Assembly (NCBI GenBank): GCA_963665975.1
Contig: OY762508.1
Coordinates: 2,267,353-2,331,352, forward strand
DNA length: 64,000 nucleotides
Direction: 5' to 3'
Origin: Rhodothermales bacterium
Lineage (GTDB): Bacteria; Bacteroidota; Rhodothermia; Rhodothermales; Bin80
Shown here piece by piece: positions 37,680-48,334 of the stretch. The notes beneath the pieces are model-generated. The model did not search any database. It saw nothing but the letters and a program-made list of their open reading frames with translations, and was not told the origin of the DNA. The position numbers and the translations under genes are program-made. The first letter of the stretch is position 1. Every line of letters begins with the position of its first letter.

Positions 37680-40628
37680 ATGTATAGACGGATCACGCTT
37701 CTCGCACTAGGCCTTGTACTCCTTGCCGGCTGTGCAAGAATGGCTGCACTGCAGTACGACACCGCGAATAATGATGTGCAGGAGCTGACATTGCAGCGGC
37801 CGCTAACACCGGAGCAGACGCTCACGCGCCTCGTGGTTCCGGAAGGCTTCGAGGCGAGGGTCTTTGCGGCGGAACCTGACATTGCCAATCCGATCGCCCT
37901 TGCCTGGGATGAGGCCGGACGCCTCTGGGTCGTGGAGTCGACCAACTATCCGCACGAGAGTGTAGGTGCGGAGACGGGCACCGATCGCATCACCATCTGC
38001 GAGGATACTGACGGTGACTACAAAGCTGACACCTTTATTCGTTTCGCGGAAAACCAACCACTTACGACGGCGATCACGATTGTCAAGGGCGGCGCGCTTG
38101 TGGGACAGGCTCCGGATATTGTATTCCTGGAAGACACCGACGGGGATGACCGTGCAGATCGGAAGACCGTCGTGATCGACGATGCGTTTGGGACGTTCGA
38201 CACGCATGCCGTCATGAACAACATGAAGCTTGGTATTGACAACCACGTTTGGGGAGCGGTGGGATACTCGGGCATGTACACACCGGGGTCGGCGCCAGAG
38301 GCGGAAGCGAGGATCTTGGGCCGGGGTGTTTTCCGGTTCAACAGGGATGGCGCGGGCCTTGAGCCAGTCGGAGAGTTCAACAATAACACGTGGGGTCTAG
38401 GCATAGGCGAGGACAACACCATTTTTGGCTCCACTGCCAATAACAACCACGCCGTGGTGGTGGGCATTCCGATGCGATACGAAACCGAAAAGAATGTCGC
38501 CAATGTCCAGAGCCATTATCTGGTGGCGCACGGTTCCGAACGCGCACTTCAGCAGGTGGACTTTCGTGATGGATACACCGCAGCCGCCGGGGCCTTCCCG
38601 TACGCTGGACGTCAGTATCCGGAAAAATACTGGGGCGCCCTCATGGTGACTGAGCCAACCGCACATGTCGTCCATAGCGTCTATCTGGAGCCTGACGGGG
38701 CGATATACCGTGAACAGGAAGGTGCTATTGACAACGTGCTTGAGAGCTCCGACGACTGGGTTGCCCCCGTCTTTGCCGACATCGGGCCCGACGAGAATAT
38801 CTGGGTAGCGGATTGGTACAACCCGGTCATTCAGCACAATCCGGATCGCCGCGGTATGGTCAATCAGATCTGGAATGCAAATGCAGGCCCGGGCAATGCC
38901 CACCTGAACCCGCTGCGCGACCGGCAGCATGGTCGGATTTACGTGCTCGCCTATACGGGGCGAGAATCCGATGGTCCGGAAAGCCTTTCTGCCGAGGACA
39001 CAGACGGCCTGTTGGGCGCCTTGCAGAGTACCAACCAGTTTTGGCGGCTTACCGCGCAACGTCTGATCGTCGAAAACGGGCTCAACGATCTCGTTCCTGG
39101 ACTTCTGGCGCTCGTACAGGATGAGAGTACAGATGCAACAGGTCTGAATGCCGGCGCCGTCCATGCGCTGTGGACCCTGCACGGCCTCGGGGCCATCGAA
39201 GGCGCAATTCAGGAGGTCAGGCGGGCGCTACGGCATCCGTCGGCGGCCGTGCGCAAGGCGGCCATTGCGGTGCTTCCGGCTGATGCTGCAACCGGCGAAG
39301 CCCTCGCGGAAGCCGGCGTTTTCACGGATGCCAACCTGAATACGCGCCTTTCTGCGGTGCTGCGCGTAATCGATTTGGGGGACGATGCATCCGCATCGGT
39401 GGTGGCCGCCACGCAGGCGGCCCGCGAAGGAGCGGATGAATGGATCGAAATGGCCCTCGACAAGCTCCACCTCGCGCCGGAAGAAGAGGAGGCTACAATC
39501 GCACAGGCATTTGAACCTGATGCACTTCCGATGGCTATGCTAACGCTGCATGCGCCGCCTGGCGTCATGCGATTCGAGGAGACGACGCTGCGGGCCTTTG
39601 CGGGTCAGCCAATCATGCTCGTCTTCAAGAACCTGCACACCGAGCCGCACAACGCCGTGTTTTTGCCGGCCGGGCTCGACGTGGACATGTTCGGGCGGGA
39701 GTTGGACGCCTACATGACCGATCCGAAAGCAATCGAAACCGAATACGTTCCTCCCGCCGCGGCGGACTGGGTGGTTGCCTCTACGGGAGTAATCGGGCTG
39801 GACGAGACCGTTACGATCACCATCGACGGCTTGCCCGAAGGAGCGTATACTTTTCTTTGCAGTGTTCCGGGACACTGGGCGGTTATGCAGGGCGTGCTGC
39901 AAATCGTGGAGGCTCCAACTCTCCCGCGCAACGATGCGGGCTGGACGTGGGAAGCCGTGAACGATTCAGGATTGCCCGGCATCGTATACCTCGGTGGCAG
40001 CATGTCTACCGGAAGGCAGTCTCATCACCACGCCCGTGTGTTCGGTTTTGCCGACGGGCAGGTGCTCTACGGCCAGGGAACCCGCACGTTTACGTATACC
40101 GAAGCAGCTGACGAAGCATTCGTTCAGGCACTCGACGGCGCTGGTTTGCTCGCCATGGCCAACAATAAACCGGTTGCGGACGCGGAGGCTCGCGAAGCTA
40201 TCTTCGCGCATGTGGAAGGAGGAGGTTCGCTACTTTTAACACATCCTGCGTCCTGGTATAATTGGGGAGACTGGGAAGCGTACAATCGCGAACTCGTGGG
40301 AGGAGGTTCGCGAAGCCACGAAGCGCTTGGATCTTTCACCGTAGAGATCGTCCAGCCCAATCATCCGATCATGCGTGGCGTCCCGGCCTCGTTCGACGTT
40401 GTTGACGAGCTCTATAGAGCAGAGCTGAATCCGGATGCGGAAGCCATGGTGCTGGCCATTGGACGCTCGAAGACGACAGATGCGGTCTATCCTGTTGTTT
40501 GGGCGCGGCGCAAGGGTGAGGCCACCATCGTGGTAAACACGCTTGGCCACGACGATCGCGTGCACAACCTGTCTGCTTACAAGCAGATTCTGGCCAACGC
40601 CCGGGTCTGGCTATTGGGGGACGAGTAG
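37680..40628 (+). CDS. multidomain lipoprotein: PVC-type membrane-bound dehydrogenase-like beta-propeller + HEAT repeats + azurin-like cupredoxin + ThuA-like domain
   Basis: 982 aa. Lipobox is LLAGC. The N-terminal segment is LVVPEGFEARVFAAEPDIANPIALAWDEAGRLWVVES. The HEAT-like region is ALRHPSAAVRKAAIAVL. The type-1 copper ligand pattern is HNAVF ... CSVPGHWAVM. The C-terminal ThuA-like segment is GGSLLLTHPASWYNW ... NHPIMRGV ... DELY ... VNTLGHD. No CxxCH is present. Confidence 0.8.
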   Translation: MYRRITLLALGLVLLAGCARMAALQYDTANNDVQELTLQRPLTPEQTLTRLVVPEGFEARVFAAEPDIANPIALAWDEAGRLWVVESTNYPHESVGAETGTDRITICEDTDGDYKADTFIRFAENQPLTTAITIVKGGALVGQAPDIVFLEDTDGDDRADRKTVVIDDAFGTFDTHAVMNNMKLGIDNHVWGAVGYSGMYTPGSAPEAEARILGRGVFRFNRDGAGLEPVGEFNNNTWGLGIGEDNTIFGSTANNNHAVVVGIPMRYETEKNVANVQSHYLVAHGSERALQQVDFRDGYTAAAGAFPYAGRQYPEKYWGALMVTEPTAHVVHSVYLEPDGAIYREQEGAIDNVLESSDDWVAPVFADIGPDENIWVADWYNPVIQHNPDRRGMVNQIWNANAGPGNAHLNPLRDRQHGRIYVLAYTGRESDGPESLSAEDTDGLLGALQSTNQFWRLTAQRLIVENGLNDLVPGLLALVQDESTDATGLNAGAVHALWTLHGLGAIEGAIQEVRRALRHPSAAVRKAAIAVLPADAATGEALAEAGVFTDANLNTRLSAVLRVIDLGDDASASVVAATQAAREGADEWIEMALDKLHLAPEEEEATIAQAFEPDALPMAMLTLHAPPGVMRFEETTLRAFAGQPIMLVFKNLHTEPHNAVFLPAGLDVDMFGRELDAYMTDPKAIETEYVPPAAADWVVASTGVIGLDETVTITIDGLPEGAYTFLCSVPGHWAVMQGVLQIVEAPTLPRNDAGWTWEAVNDSGLPGIVYLGGSMSTGRQSHHHARVFGFADGQVLYGQGTRTFTYTEAADEAFVQALDGAGLLAMANNKPVADAEAREAIFAHVEGGGSLLLTHPASWYNWGDWEAYNRELVGGGSRSHEALGSFTVEIVQPNHPIMRGVPASFDVVDELYRAELNPDAEAMVLAIGRSKTTDAVYPVVWARRKGEATIVVNTLGHDDRVHNLSAYKQILANARVWLLGDE

Positions 40629-40632
40629 ACGC

Positions 40633-41805
40633 TTACGTCGCCAGAATATCTGTCAGACCTGCGGCAACACGGCCGATGGCCTCAGCTACGGTTTCGCGCT
40701 GGAGTGCGCCGTAGGCAATACGGAGGTACGGACGCGTCTTGACGCCAAACGTAGTGCCGGGTATTACGGCCACGTGGTAATCCTCGATCAGACGGCGCGT
40801 AAGCGTCACGGCATCCAGATCGGTGTCAACTTCGATGAAAAAGTAAAAGGCGCCACGCGATCTCGAAACCTTCACGCGGGGCCCGAGAGCGGAGAGAGTT
40901 TCGAGTACGAGTATGCGTACGTCCGCCAGCGGTCCCAGGTACTGACGGCAATAGGCAGAGCCGGCTGTCACTGCCTCCAGGGCGACCAATTGGCTTGGAA
41001 GCGGAGCACAGATTAGCGTGGTATCCTGGATCTTCTTGAGAGCCGGCAGCAAGATCTTCGGAACGGCCATGTAGCCGATGCGCCATCCTGCCATGCCATA
41101 GGCCTTGCTAAGGGAATACAGGGACACGGTATGTAGTCCCGATCCGGTGATGGACCCCGGCGAAAAGTGCACCGCGCCATCGAACGTGAAATACTCATAC
41201 GCTTCGTCGCTGATGTGGTAACAATTGTGGGTCTTACAGAGGGCATTTACGTGTCGTAGCGTCTCGTCTTCATAGACCACGCCCGTAGGGTTGTTCGGGG
41301 AAACAGTGACAATTGCACGGGTGCGTGGCGTAATCGCCTGCTCCAAAGCATTCAGGTCCGGTTCGAAGGTATCCGTAGTTGGGACGATGACAGCGCGGCA
41401 GCTGGCGATCTGGATCGCCATTTCATGATTGAAATAGTAGGGCGCAAGTAAGATGACTTCGTCTCCGGGATCGGTGATCGCCAGGATCGTATGGGCGAAG
41501 GCCATGTTGCTGCCTGCGGTGACTATCACTTCCGTATCTGCGGAAATGTCGAGCTGGTTTTCTTGGGTGAGCTTGTTACGGAACGCATTGATCAGGGCCG
41601 TACGCCCCAGCACGTGGCCATAGCGGTGCAGGGAAGCCTCGCCCAGCCTTGCGGACATCGCCTGGAGGGCAGCAGGTGGCGGGGGGTAATGCACCATGCC
41701 TTGTCCAAGCGAAATGGTGCCAGGAGTGGCTCGTATGAGCCCCGCCACGAAAGACATGACGGGGGCCTGTACGACCTCAAGTCGATTTGCTGGCTGCATG
41801 GTCAA
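40633..41805 (-). CDS. class I/II PLP-dependent aminotransferase (aspartate aminotransferase-like)
   Basis: 390 aa. It has the SLSKAYGMAGWRIGY PLP-lysine motif and NPNNPTGVVY. Confidence 0.85.
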   Translation of the reverse strand: MTMQPANRLEVVQAPVMSFVAGLIRATPGTISLGQGMVHYPPPPAALQAMSARLGEASLHRYGHVLGRTALINAFRNKLTQENQLDISADTEVIVTAGSNMAFAHTILAITDPGDEVILLAPYYFNHEMAIQIASCRAVIVPTTDTFEPDLNALEQAITPRTRAIVTVSPNNPTGVVYEDETLRHVNALCKTHNCYHISDEAYEYFTFDGAVHFSPGSITGSGLHTVSLYSLSKAYGMAGWRIGYMAVPKILLPALKKIQDTTLICAPLPSQLVALEAVTAGSAYCRQYLGPLADVRILVLETLSALGPRVKVSRSRGAFYFFIEVDTDLDAVTLTRRLIEDYHVAVIPGTTFGVKTRPYLRIAYGALQRETVAEAIGRVAAGLTDILAT

Positions 41806-42018
41806 CAGGATACAAGTATTTGGAGGCGGTCATCCGCGGGATTTCCGGGTTGCCGCCCCGTTCACAGTGGCGCGGAGTGAATGTTTCCTGGCTGGAGTGA
41901 GACTCATGGTTGAAAAGCAGTCGCGGCTGGAGCGGCGTCGTGTCTTCTTTCCGACGAAATTCTATTTTAGCAAGCGCTGCACCGCGTAGGTTCACGCACA
42001 AAGACTTTATGCGCACCC

Positions 42019-42675
42019 GTGTTGTCCATGCTTTGTGATGCTATTCTGTTTGATCTCGATGGAGTGCTGGTGGACTCTAACCCGATGTACGAGCGTCACT
42101 GGCAGCGCTGGGCCGCCCGGCACGACGTATCGTTCGCGGAAATCGCCGCTGTCCACCACGGTCGCCCAGCGGTGCAGACCATTGGGCTCGTGGCGCCTCA
42201 TATGGATGCAGTTGTTGAGGCTGCCCGATACAACGCCGGTGTCGCCGCAGGCGGGAACGTGCAGGACGTTCGAGCCTATGCGGGCGTACATGCTCTCCTG
42301 GAGTCTCTTCCGGAGGATCGCTGGGCCATTGTGACGAGCGCCAATCGGGAGCTGTCTTCCCTAATGTTACGTGTTCTGAAGCTCCCCATTCCACGTGTAC
42401 TGGTAACTAGCGACGATGTGAAGCAGGGCAAACCCGCTCCGGATCCATATCTCCAGGCGGCTCATGCCTTGGGCTATGCGCCATCGCGGTGTCTGGTCAT
42501 CGAGGATGCACCCGCTGGCGTCGCGGCAGCAAGGGAAGCGGGAGCCCGCGTCGTGGCGCTGCGTACGACCAACAGGGCGGAAGCCCTGAAGGACGCGCAT
42601 GCTGTCGTGGAGCGGTTTGCCGATCTCTGTGTCACCCGGGTGCCGGCCGGACTGGAGCTACGCTGGCAGCGATAG
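42019..42675 (+). CDS. HAD-superfamily hydrolase (beta-phosphoglucomutase-like subfamily IA)
   Basis: 218 aa. Motif I is AILFDLDGVLVDS. Motif II is VTSA. Motifs III/IV are GKPAPDPY ... VIEDAPAGVAAA. Confidence 0.8.
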   Translation: MLSMLCDAILFDLDGVLVDSNPMYERHWQRWAARHDVSFAEIAAVHHGRPAVQTIGLVAPHMDAVVEAARYNAGVAAGGNVQDVRAYAGVHALLESLPEDRWAIVTSANRELSSLMLRVLKLPIPRVLVTSDDVKQGKPAPDPYLQAAHALGYAPSRCLVIEDAPAGVAAAREAGARVVALRTTNRAEALKDAHAVVERFADLCVTRVPAGLELRWQR

Positions 42676-42732
42676 CCTCGCGCAAGCGCGCAGGTCATGC
42701 AATGGAGGTATACGCCCAAGCCCTACAACACA

Positions 42733-43695
42733 ATGCTGTACGAATTCCTGAAACGCGGCACGTTCATCCTCACAAGCGTTCTGTTGCTTCTCTTTGCGGG
42801 GAGTTGTGACAGCCCCGCGCCCGGGAGCACCGAGCCGCCAGGCGAAGTCGTCACCGGCACAATTCATGGAACGCTTCCGCACGGTGGATTACAGCGGGAG
42901 TATATCCTATACGTTCCGGAATCCTATACGGGGGAAGAAGCTGTGCCCCTTCTACTGAACTTTCACGGCTATACCAGTAATGCGCACGGTCAGATGGGGT
43001 ATGGGGATTTTCGGCCCCTTGCGGATCGGGACGGCTTTATCGTCGCGCATCCAATGGGTTCGCTCCTGGAGGACAATACGCATTGGAATGTTGGTGGCTG
43101 GACCCTGGAGAGCACAACGGATGACGTAGACTTTACTGACAAGCTGATTACGGCCATCGGGCGGCAGTACAGCATTGACTCGGAACGGATCTATTCCACG
43201 GGCATGTCAAACGGAGGCTATATGAGCTTTCTCCTTGCATGTCAGCTAAGCGGCAGAATCGCAGCTGTCGCGTCCGTCACCGGCTCCATGACTCCGCAGA
43301 CGCACGAGGCGTGCAATCCCCAGCACCCCACACCTGTCATGCAGATTCACGGCACGACAGATGAAGTAGTGCCCTACGATGGGGACACGTGGACGCGAGG
43401 GATAGACGCGGTGCTCCAGTACTGGGTGGATCAGAACCGGTGCACGGCCCAGGCGGTCCAGCGTGACCTGTCGGACGTAAGCACAACGGACGGCAGTACC
43501 GTCAGTCATATCTTATATGGGGACTGCGACAACAGCGTCGTCGTGGAGCATTACAAGGTGGTGGGCGGGGGCCATACATGGCCGGGTAGCGGCGCGGAAT
43601 ACCCGGATACGAATTACGACGTGGACGCCTCAGGCGAAATCTGGCGGTTCTTCAGCGAATACGACATTAACGGGCGCAGGAAATCGGGTGGATGA
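42733..43695 (+). CDS. PHB depolymerase/feruloyl-esterase family (LpqC-like) alpha/beta hydrolase, lipoprotein
   Basis: ORF 42697..43695. The likely start is MLYEFLKRGTFILTSVLLLLFAGSC. Motifs seen: LLLNFHGYT, DDVDF, the nucleophile elbow GMSNGG, and IHGTTDEVVPY. Confidence 0.75.
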   Translation: MLYEFLKRGTFILTSVLLLLFAGSCDSPAPGSTEPPGEVVTGTIHGTLPHGGLQREYILYVPESYTGEEAVPLLLNFHGYTSNAHGQMGYGDFRPLADRDGFIVAHPMGSLLEDNTHWNVGGWTLESTTDDVDFTDKLITAIGRQYSIDSERIYSTGMSNGGYMSFLLACQLSGRIAAVASVTGSMTPQTHEACNPQHPTPVMQIHGTTDEVVPYDGDTWTRGIDAVLQYWVDQNRCTAQAVQRDLSDVSTTDGSTVSHILYGDCDNSVVVEHYKVVGGGHTWPGSGAEYPDTNYDVDASGEIWRFFSEYDINGRRKSGG

Positions 43696-43877
43696 CGCCG
43701 GAGTAGGCGGGGCGAACATGGCGGCAAGGAAGAGCTTCCATGCCGAAAACACGGATCGCTGTTGCCAGGGTTTATTGACTGGCAAGACCGGGTCTTGTCC
43801 GGAGTGAATCGGAACCCTGCATTTGTGTGTACGTTGCCCGTGCAATCTACACTTTACACCACACCATAGCGTCGATT

Positions 43878-44285
43878 ATGAAACGCATGCGAGTCTCCCT
43901 CGCGTCCACCATCGTTTCGGCCGCACTGCTCGTTTTTTGCAGCGCGCCCGTTTTGGCCCAACAGGAAACCGAGGCCAGCGATGACACGCGGGATCTACAC
44001 ATTAGCGTCGAGATGCGCGGTCAGGTCCAGGGAGAGGCGGACATGCTGGATTTTGCGCTGATCAATCAACTGGTGCAGATTCCGACGCTGCGTAAGCTGA
44101 AAGTTGAGCGTGATTCCCGCGACCCCGCCGAAATCGTTCATAATATCTCCGTGGTTCTCTGGTTCAGGAGCATGGACGCGCTAGAGGAATGGTACGAGGA
44201 TTCGTCAACGCGCCAATTAATCCGCGACCTTGGTGGACCGGACCGCTCGAAGTTCGCCTTCCACATCGACGTGACCATGGACTGA
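43878..44285 (+). CDS. hypothetical secreted protein
   Basis: ORF 43827..44285. The signal peptide from ATG 43878 is MKRMRVSLASTIVSAALLVFCSAPVLAQQ. I recognise no family. Confidence 0.5.
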   Translation: MKRMRVSLASTIVSAALLVFCSAPVLAQQETEASDDTRDLHISVEMRGQVQGEADMLDFALINQLVQIPTLRKLKVERDSRDPAEIVHNISVVLWFRSMDALEEWYEDSSTRQLIRDLGGPDRSKFAFHIDVTMD

Positions 44286-45157
44286 TGACAGCAGGTCTCG
44301 TCTATTGAGATCTGTGTGCACATCAAGCGTCTCGCGCATGCGCCAGTCATTGACGGCAATCCTCGCCAGGCGTGCGAGACGTAGCACGCAGCCGGGCTTG
44401 TTCCGCCGGAGCGATGTCGCTTCAGGGAGCGTTCGACCCTTGAGCGGATCAGTGGGGGGCGCAGGGAATAATGTTGAGACCGGCATGCGGGTGTGCGTGG
44501 CCCCACCCGTGTCCTTGTGCTTGCCGTTGATCAACTGATGCGCCTTGTGGGCTGCTCTCTGTATTCTAGGGCATCATTATAGGGAGTTGAAGATTTTCTG
44601 TTGGGTAGGGTACAGTGTTTTCAGTAGAACAATTGCGACCGGAATATGGCTCCGTGCATCCGAGCTGGTGGTGGGGGTTCCCGGTGTAGACCTTATCGGT
44701 GTATGCTCCGCGGAATATCATGGAAGTCAAGCAGTTGCATGACTGATGAGATGGCGCCGCTTTGCGAATGGGGCGGACACGGTAATTCTGTACTGGGTTG
44801 ACTTGATCAACCTCTCCGAGAAGAAACTATAGACTCATCCGACTTTGAATTCAAGATGCCTGGTTATCGCGCATGCAAATAAGGCTCGTCAATAATAGGG
44901 TATGAGAAGATAGCGCCATATGCCACGAGCCATGGTGACTCACGTAAGCCCACACACGCATCCAAGCAGTTAAGCGATGGCTGATGGTGTGTAGTCAGAA
45001 TGCAGGCCGCTGGCGAAATTGCGGTCGTGGGTCTGTATGCAGGATTTCGTGGCGCATTGCGCACATGCCACAACCCCGAGCCGGAAACAATGTGCTTCGC
45101 GGCGTCTACAACTTTAAGCGCAGTTGTTGTCCCTACCTGTCCAATCCTGCTTCCGCC

Positions 45158-45766
45158 ATGTCACGATCGCCCTACGCCTCCCGATGTGTACTGTTCTTAT
45201 TGACGGCGTGCTTGATAGTAGCCGCACCGGTCCTGGCGCAAGAACCGGCGACCTATGTGCTCCAGCCTGAGAGTGAGCTTTCGGTTGATGGCACGTCCAA
45301 TACTGGTGACTGGACGGTAAACGCCACAGAACTCACCGGGATGCTAACCATGCAGGCCCAGGAGGATGCGGCCCCAAGTCTCCAAGATGTTCAGATTACG
45401 ATTGCTGCCGAGGGAATCAAGGGCAGGAATATGCTGATGACCAAGAATATGCGTCGGACCTTGAAAGTGGCTGAGCACAAGGAAGTCCAGTACACGCTCA
45501 AGGAAGTGACCAAATCCGAAGAGTCTGATGGCGGGGCATTTTCGCTCGTCACGGTCGGTGATCTAACACTCGGAGGGGTGACCAAGGAAATCGAAATGAT
45601 GGTGACAGGCGCCACGCAGGAGGATGGACAAGTGCATCTGACCGGTGATTATACGCTCCTCATGAGCGACTATGACCTGACGGACAGGAGGTTTATGTTT
45701 GGCCGATTTGTCCTCGCGGACGAAGTTACAATCAGTTACACGGCGAAGTTTGGGGTGGGAGAATAG
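45158..45766 (+). CDS. YceI-like periplasmic protein
   Basis: ORF 44984..45766. The signal peptide from ATG 45158 is MSRSPYASRCVLFLLTACLIVAAPVLAQE. YceI-like strands are YVLQPESELSVDGTS ... LTLGGVTKEIEMMV. Confidence 0.7.
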   Translation: MSRSPYASRCVLFLLTACLIVAAPVLAQEPATYVLQPESELSVDGTSNTGDWTVNATELTGMLTMQAQEDAAPSLQDVQITIAAEGIKGRNMLMTKNMRRTLKVAEHKEVQYTLKEVTKSEESDGGAFSLVTVGDLTLGGVTKEIEMMVTGATQEDGQVHLTGDYTLLMSDYDLTDRRFMFGRFVLADEVTISYTAKFGVGE

Positions 45767-46117
45767 GTTGCCGCATCTGCGGAATCTGAAGATTTTGGGG
45801 ATGTCGTTTGACCATGGCGGGATCATAAACTGATCTATGCGCCGACTTGGATTCTTGCATAGGCTTTTTATGCCGAGCTATGCGCCGCGCATTAATTAAA
45901 TTCCAATAATTTAGAAGATCTAATTATCGGCGCGATTGTGCACGAGAATTTACCTGAGGACCGCGTCACCGTGGTAAGCACCAGATGGTTTGGCTCAGCG
46001 ACGCTTTGGCATTGTCCGCCTGAAATCGAACACTTTGCGGGGGTCTCATGGAACTGAATTTAGCAGGAGTGAAAAGGGTGTTGACGACGATGCATTACCT
46101 GTGCGGGAATGAACGGC

Positions 46118-48121
46118 CTATTGCTGTCCCACTGGAGTAAGACCAGAGCCCAGCCTGGCATAGCTCAAGCCAAATCCGAATGGAAAGAGTGGATCTGCAC
46201 TGTCGAACGGCACGTCCTCCAATTGCTCCCGGACCGCACGCATGGAGGACGGCATCTCAAACGGAAGACGTCCCGAGGGCTCAAGTTTTCCAAATACGGC
46301 ATCCAGGACTACTTCATCCGATGCCCCGAAATTGGCCAGAATTCCCGCGGCGCTCTCCGCTATTTCCGGGATTACGGCCGGGCGATCGAGGTAGATGTCT
46401 ACTATCGTGGGGAGGGCCTGAGTGATCGAAAGTATCTGTTCCAGTTCTTGCCCCTTGAAATCAAGATCTCCCTGATGGAACAGGCCCTCAAGTATGCTGT
46501 TGCCGCGCGGCGGATCGTATGGCGCATGGACTCTGAGCAGTGCCACAGTGGCCGCGGCGGGGTCGCCAGTTACCGTAGCGTAGCGGGCCGCTACACTGCT
46601 GTCTACATTTTGTATATAGAGCCGCTCTCCTGCCCCGAGAGGCAAAATCGGACCACGGCCCATGTCCGCATTCTTCAGTAGCACAATCGATGCCTGCTGC
46701 GCCAATCGCCCCGCCTCCATGAAGGTGGCAGATCCGACTACACTACTAGCAGCACTCTCGTTGACGAATGGATCGTCAAAGAGTCCGAGCAGGAACTTGT
46801 CTCCAAGCAGGCGGCTCACGGACCTGTCCAGGCGCTCTTCCTCCACCCTGCCTGTTTCTACCAGCTCAACAATCCATTCCGGATTGGATTCTCCGCCGAA
46901 CAAATCAATCCCTGCATTCAGCGCCTTCTCGACCCGGTCAACAGGTAACAGGTCTTCCACCCCCCATCCCGGCGACTCGAGGAGGGTGCGGCCCAGTACA
47001 CGCTTGCTGCTGAGCACAGCCCAGTCTGTGCTGATGACACCCTCATATCCCATTTTGTTGCGCAGCAGGTCGGTTACGATTTCGTGGCTGAAAGCAAAGC
47101 CCACTTTCTCTTCCGTAATGCCCACGCCCACACCGTAACTCACCATGATCTGCGCAGTGTTTGCCTCCATGGCGCCCTCCACAAACGGCGCTACATGATA
47201 GTCGAACCTGCCGCCCGGATAGACCTGATCCTTGCCATAGGAGAAGTGCGCTTCCCACCCGTCATCCTGTGGCCCTGCTCCGGGGAAATGCTTGGCCATC
47301 GTTGCCACACTCTCGGTGCCGAGTGACGAACCTTGCAGTCCGCGGATGTACGCGCGACTCATGCGGGTTGTCAGGTCTGCGTCTTCACCGAAGGTGCCAA
47401 ATATGCGTGACCAGCGCGGTTCCGTCGCCAGATCCATCATCGGATGAAGAGCGAGCCGAATACCTACAGCCATGTATTCCTGCCGTGCGATGTCACCGAA
47501 CACCTCCACCAATTGCGTATCACGCGTTGCCGCAAGCCCAATAGGCTCCGGCCAATGGGAAAAACCACCAGCGAACATGGTCGCATCCGGACTGCTCGGA
47601 TAGCCATGCCTCGGATCGGAGCCAATGGTTACGGGGATGCCAAGCCGAGTGCGTTCTGCGAGCTTCTGCACGCTATTGTGCCACTTCGCCATCGAGGCCG
47701 GGTCACTTCCCTGCATGATGTTGAAATGATTCATGTGGCGGCGCACAATCATCGTAGAATTGGTGGGAATCATGAACGTGAAGGGATTCTTCGGCGTCGG
47801 CCGCTCCTGGAGGGTGCCGTCCGGCCGCATGGCAATCATATTGATAAACATCATCCCCGCCTTCTCCTCGAGAGTCATCCTCGAGAGTATATCCTGCACG
47901 CGCTCCCCCACCGGCGCCGCTGCATTTTCGTACGGATCCATCACGCCGTTCTTGTTCAGATCCCGGTACTGTGTGCCGTCAGCCATTCTGACGGGGGCCT
48001 CCGGACCCAGGCGTGCCATCGCGTTTTCGGCAAGAACAGCATAGTAGGTGTAGAAGCCAAGTACCGCGGCACTTGCCAATGCGAGAAGACTGAGCATGAC
48101 TATGGTAATGCGACGCATCAT
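46118..48121 (-). CDS. glycoside hydrolase family 3 (beta-glucosidase/beta-hexosaminidase-like)
   Basis: ORF 46118..48151. The signal/anchor from 48121 is MMRRITIVMLSLLALASAAVLG. GH3 N-domain motifs are GIPVTIGSDPRHG, KHFPGAGP and ISTDW. A C-terminal alpha/beta sandwich is present. Confidence 0.9.
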   Translation of the reverse strand: MMRRITIVMLSLLALASAAVLGFYTYYAVLAENAMARLGPEAPVRMADGTQYRDLNKNGVMDPYENAAAPVGERVQDILSRMTLEEKAGMMFINMIAMRPDGTLQERPTPKNPFTFMIPTNSTMIVRRHMNHFNIMQGSDPASMAKWHNSVQKLAERTRLGIPVTIGSDPRHGYPSSPDATMFAGGFSHWPEPIGLAATRDTQLVEVFGDIARQEYMAVGIRLALHPMMDLATEPRWSRIFGTFGEDADLTTRMSRAYIRGLQGSSLGTESVATMAKHFPGAGPQDDGWEAHFSYGKDQVYPGGRFDYHVAPFVEGAMEANTAQIMVSYGVGVGITEEKVGFAFSHEIVTDLLRNKMGYEGVISTDWAVLSSKRVLGRTLLESPGWGVEDLLPVDRVEKALNAGIDLFGGESNPEWIVELVETGRVEEERLDRSVSRLLGDKFLLGLFDDPFVNESAASSVVGSATFMEAGRLAQQASIVLLKNADMGRGPILPLGAGERLYIQNVDSSVAARYATVTGDPAAATVALLRVHAPYDPPRGNSILEGLFHQGDLDFKGQELEQILSITQALPTIVDIYLDRPAVIPEIAESAAGILANFGASDEVVLDAVFGKLEPSGRLPFEMPSSMRAVREQLEDVPFDSADPLFPFGFGLSYARLGSGLTPVGQQ

Positions 48122-48334
48122 TACTGTACCTCCGAATTGGCACAATGCCATTGGCCTGCAGGAATAAGCTGCGGAACAGAATAAACGTATAGCCCAGACT
48201 TGTCAATAAGGCGGTAGACGAAGATGCATATGGCACAGATTAATATCTAATAAACAATTCTTTATATATAATTCCGGTAATTCAGTCGGATTATAGCTAC
48301 ACACTGTCAAGCACAGGCACTGTACTTCACGCGC

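Noticed and set aside
44286-45157. Candidate genes in the 870-nt gap before yceI (ORFs 44138..44506-, 44217..44534-, 44305..44538+, 44545..44742+, 44864..45073-)
   Set aside because: The ORFs are mutually overlapping and short, with no recognisable motifs or signal peptides. I left the gap unannotated; it may be a decayed gene.
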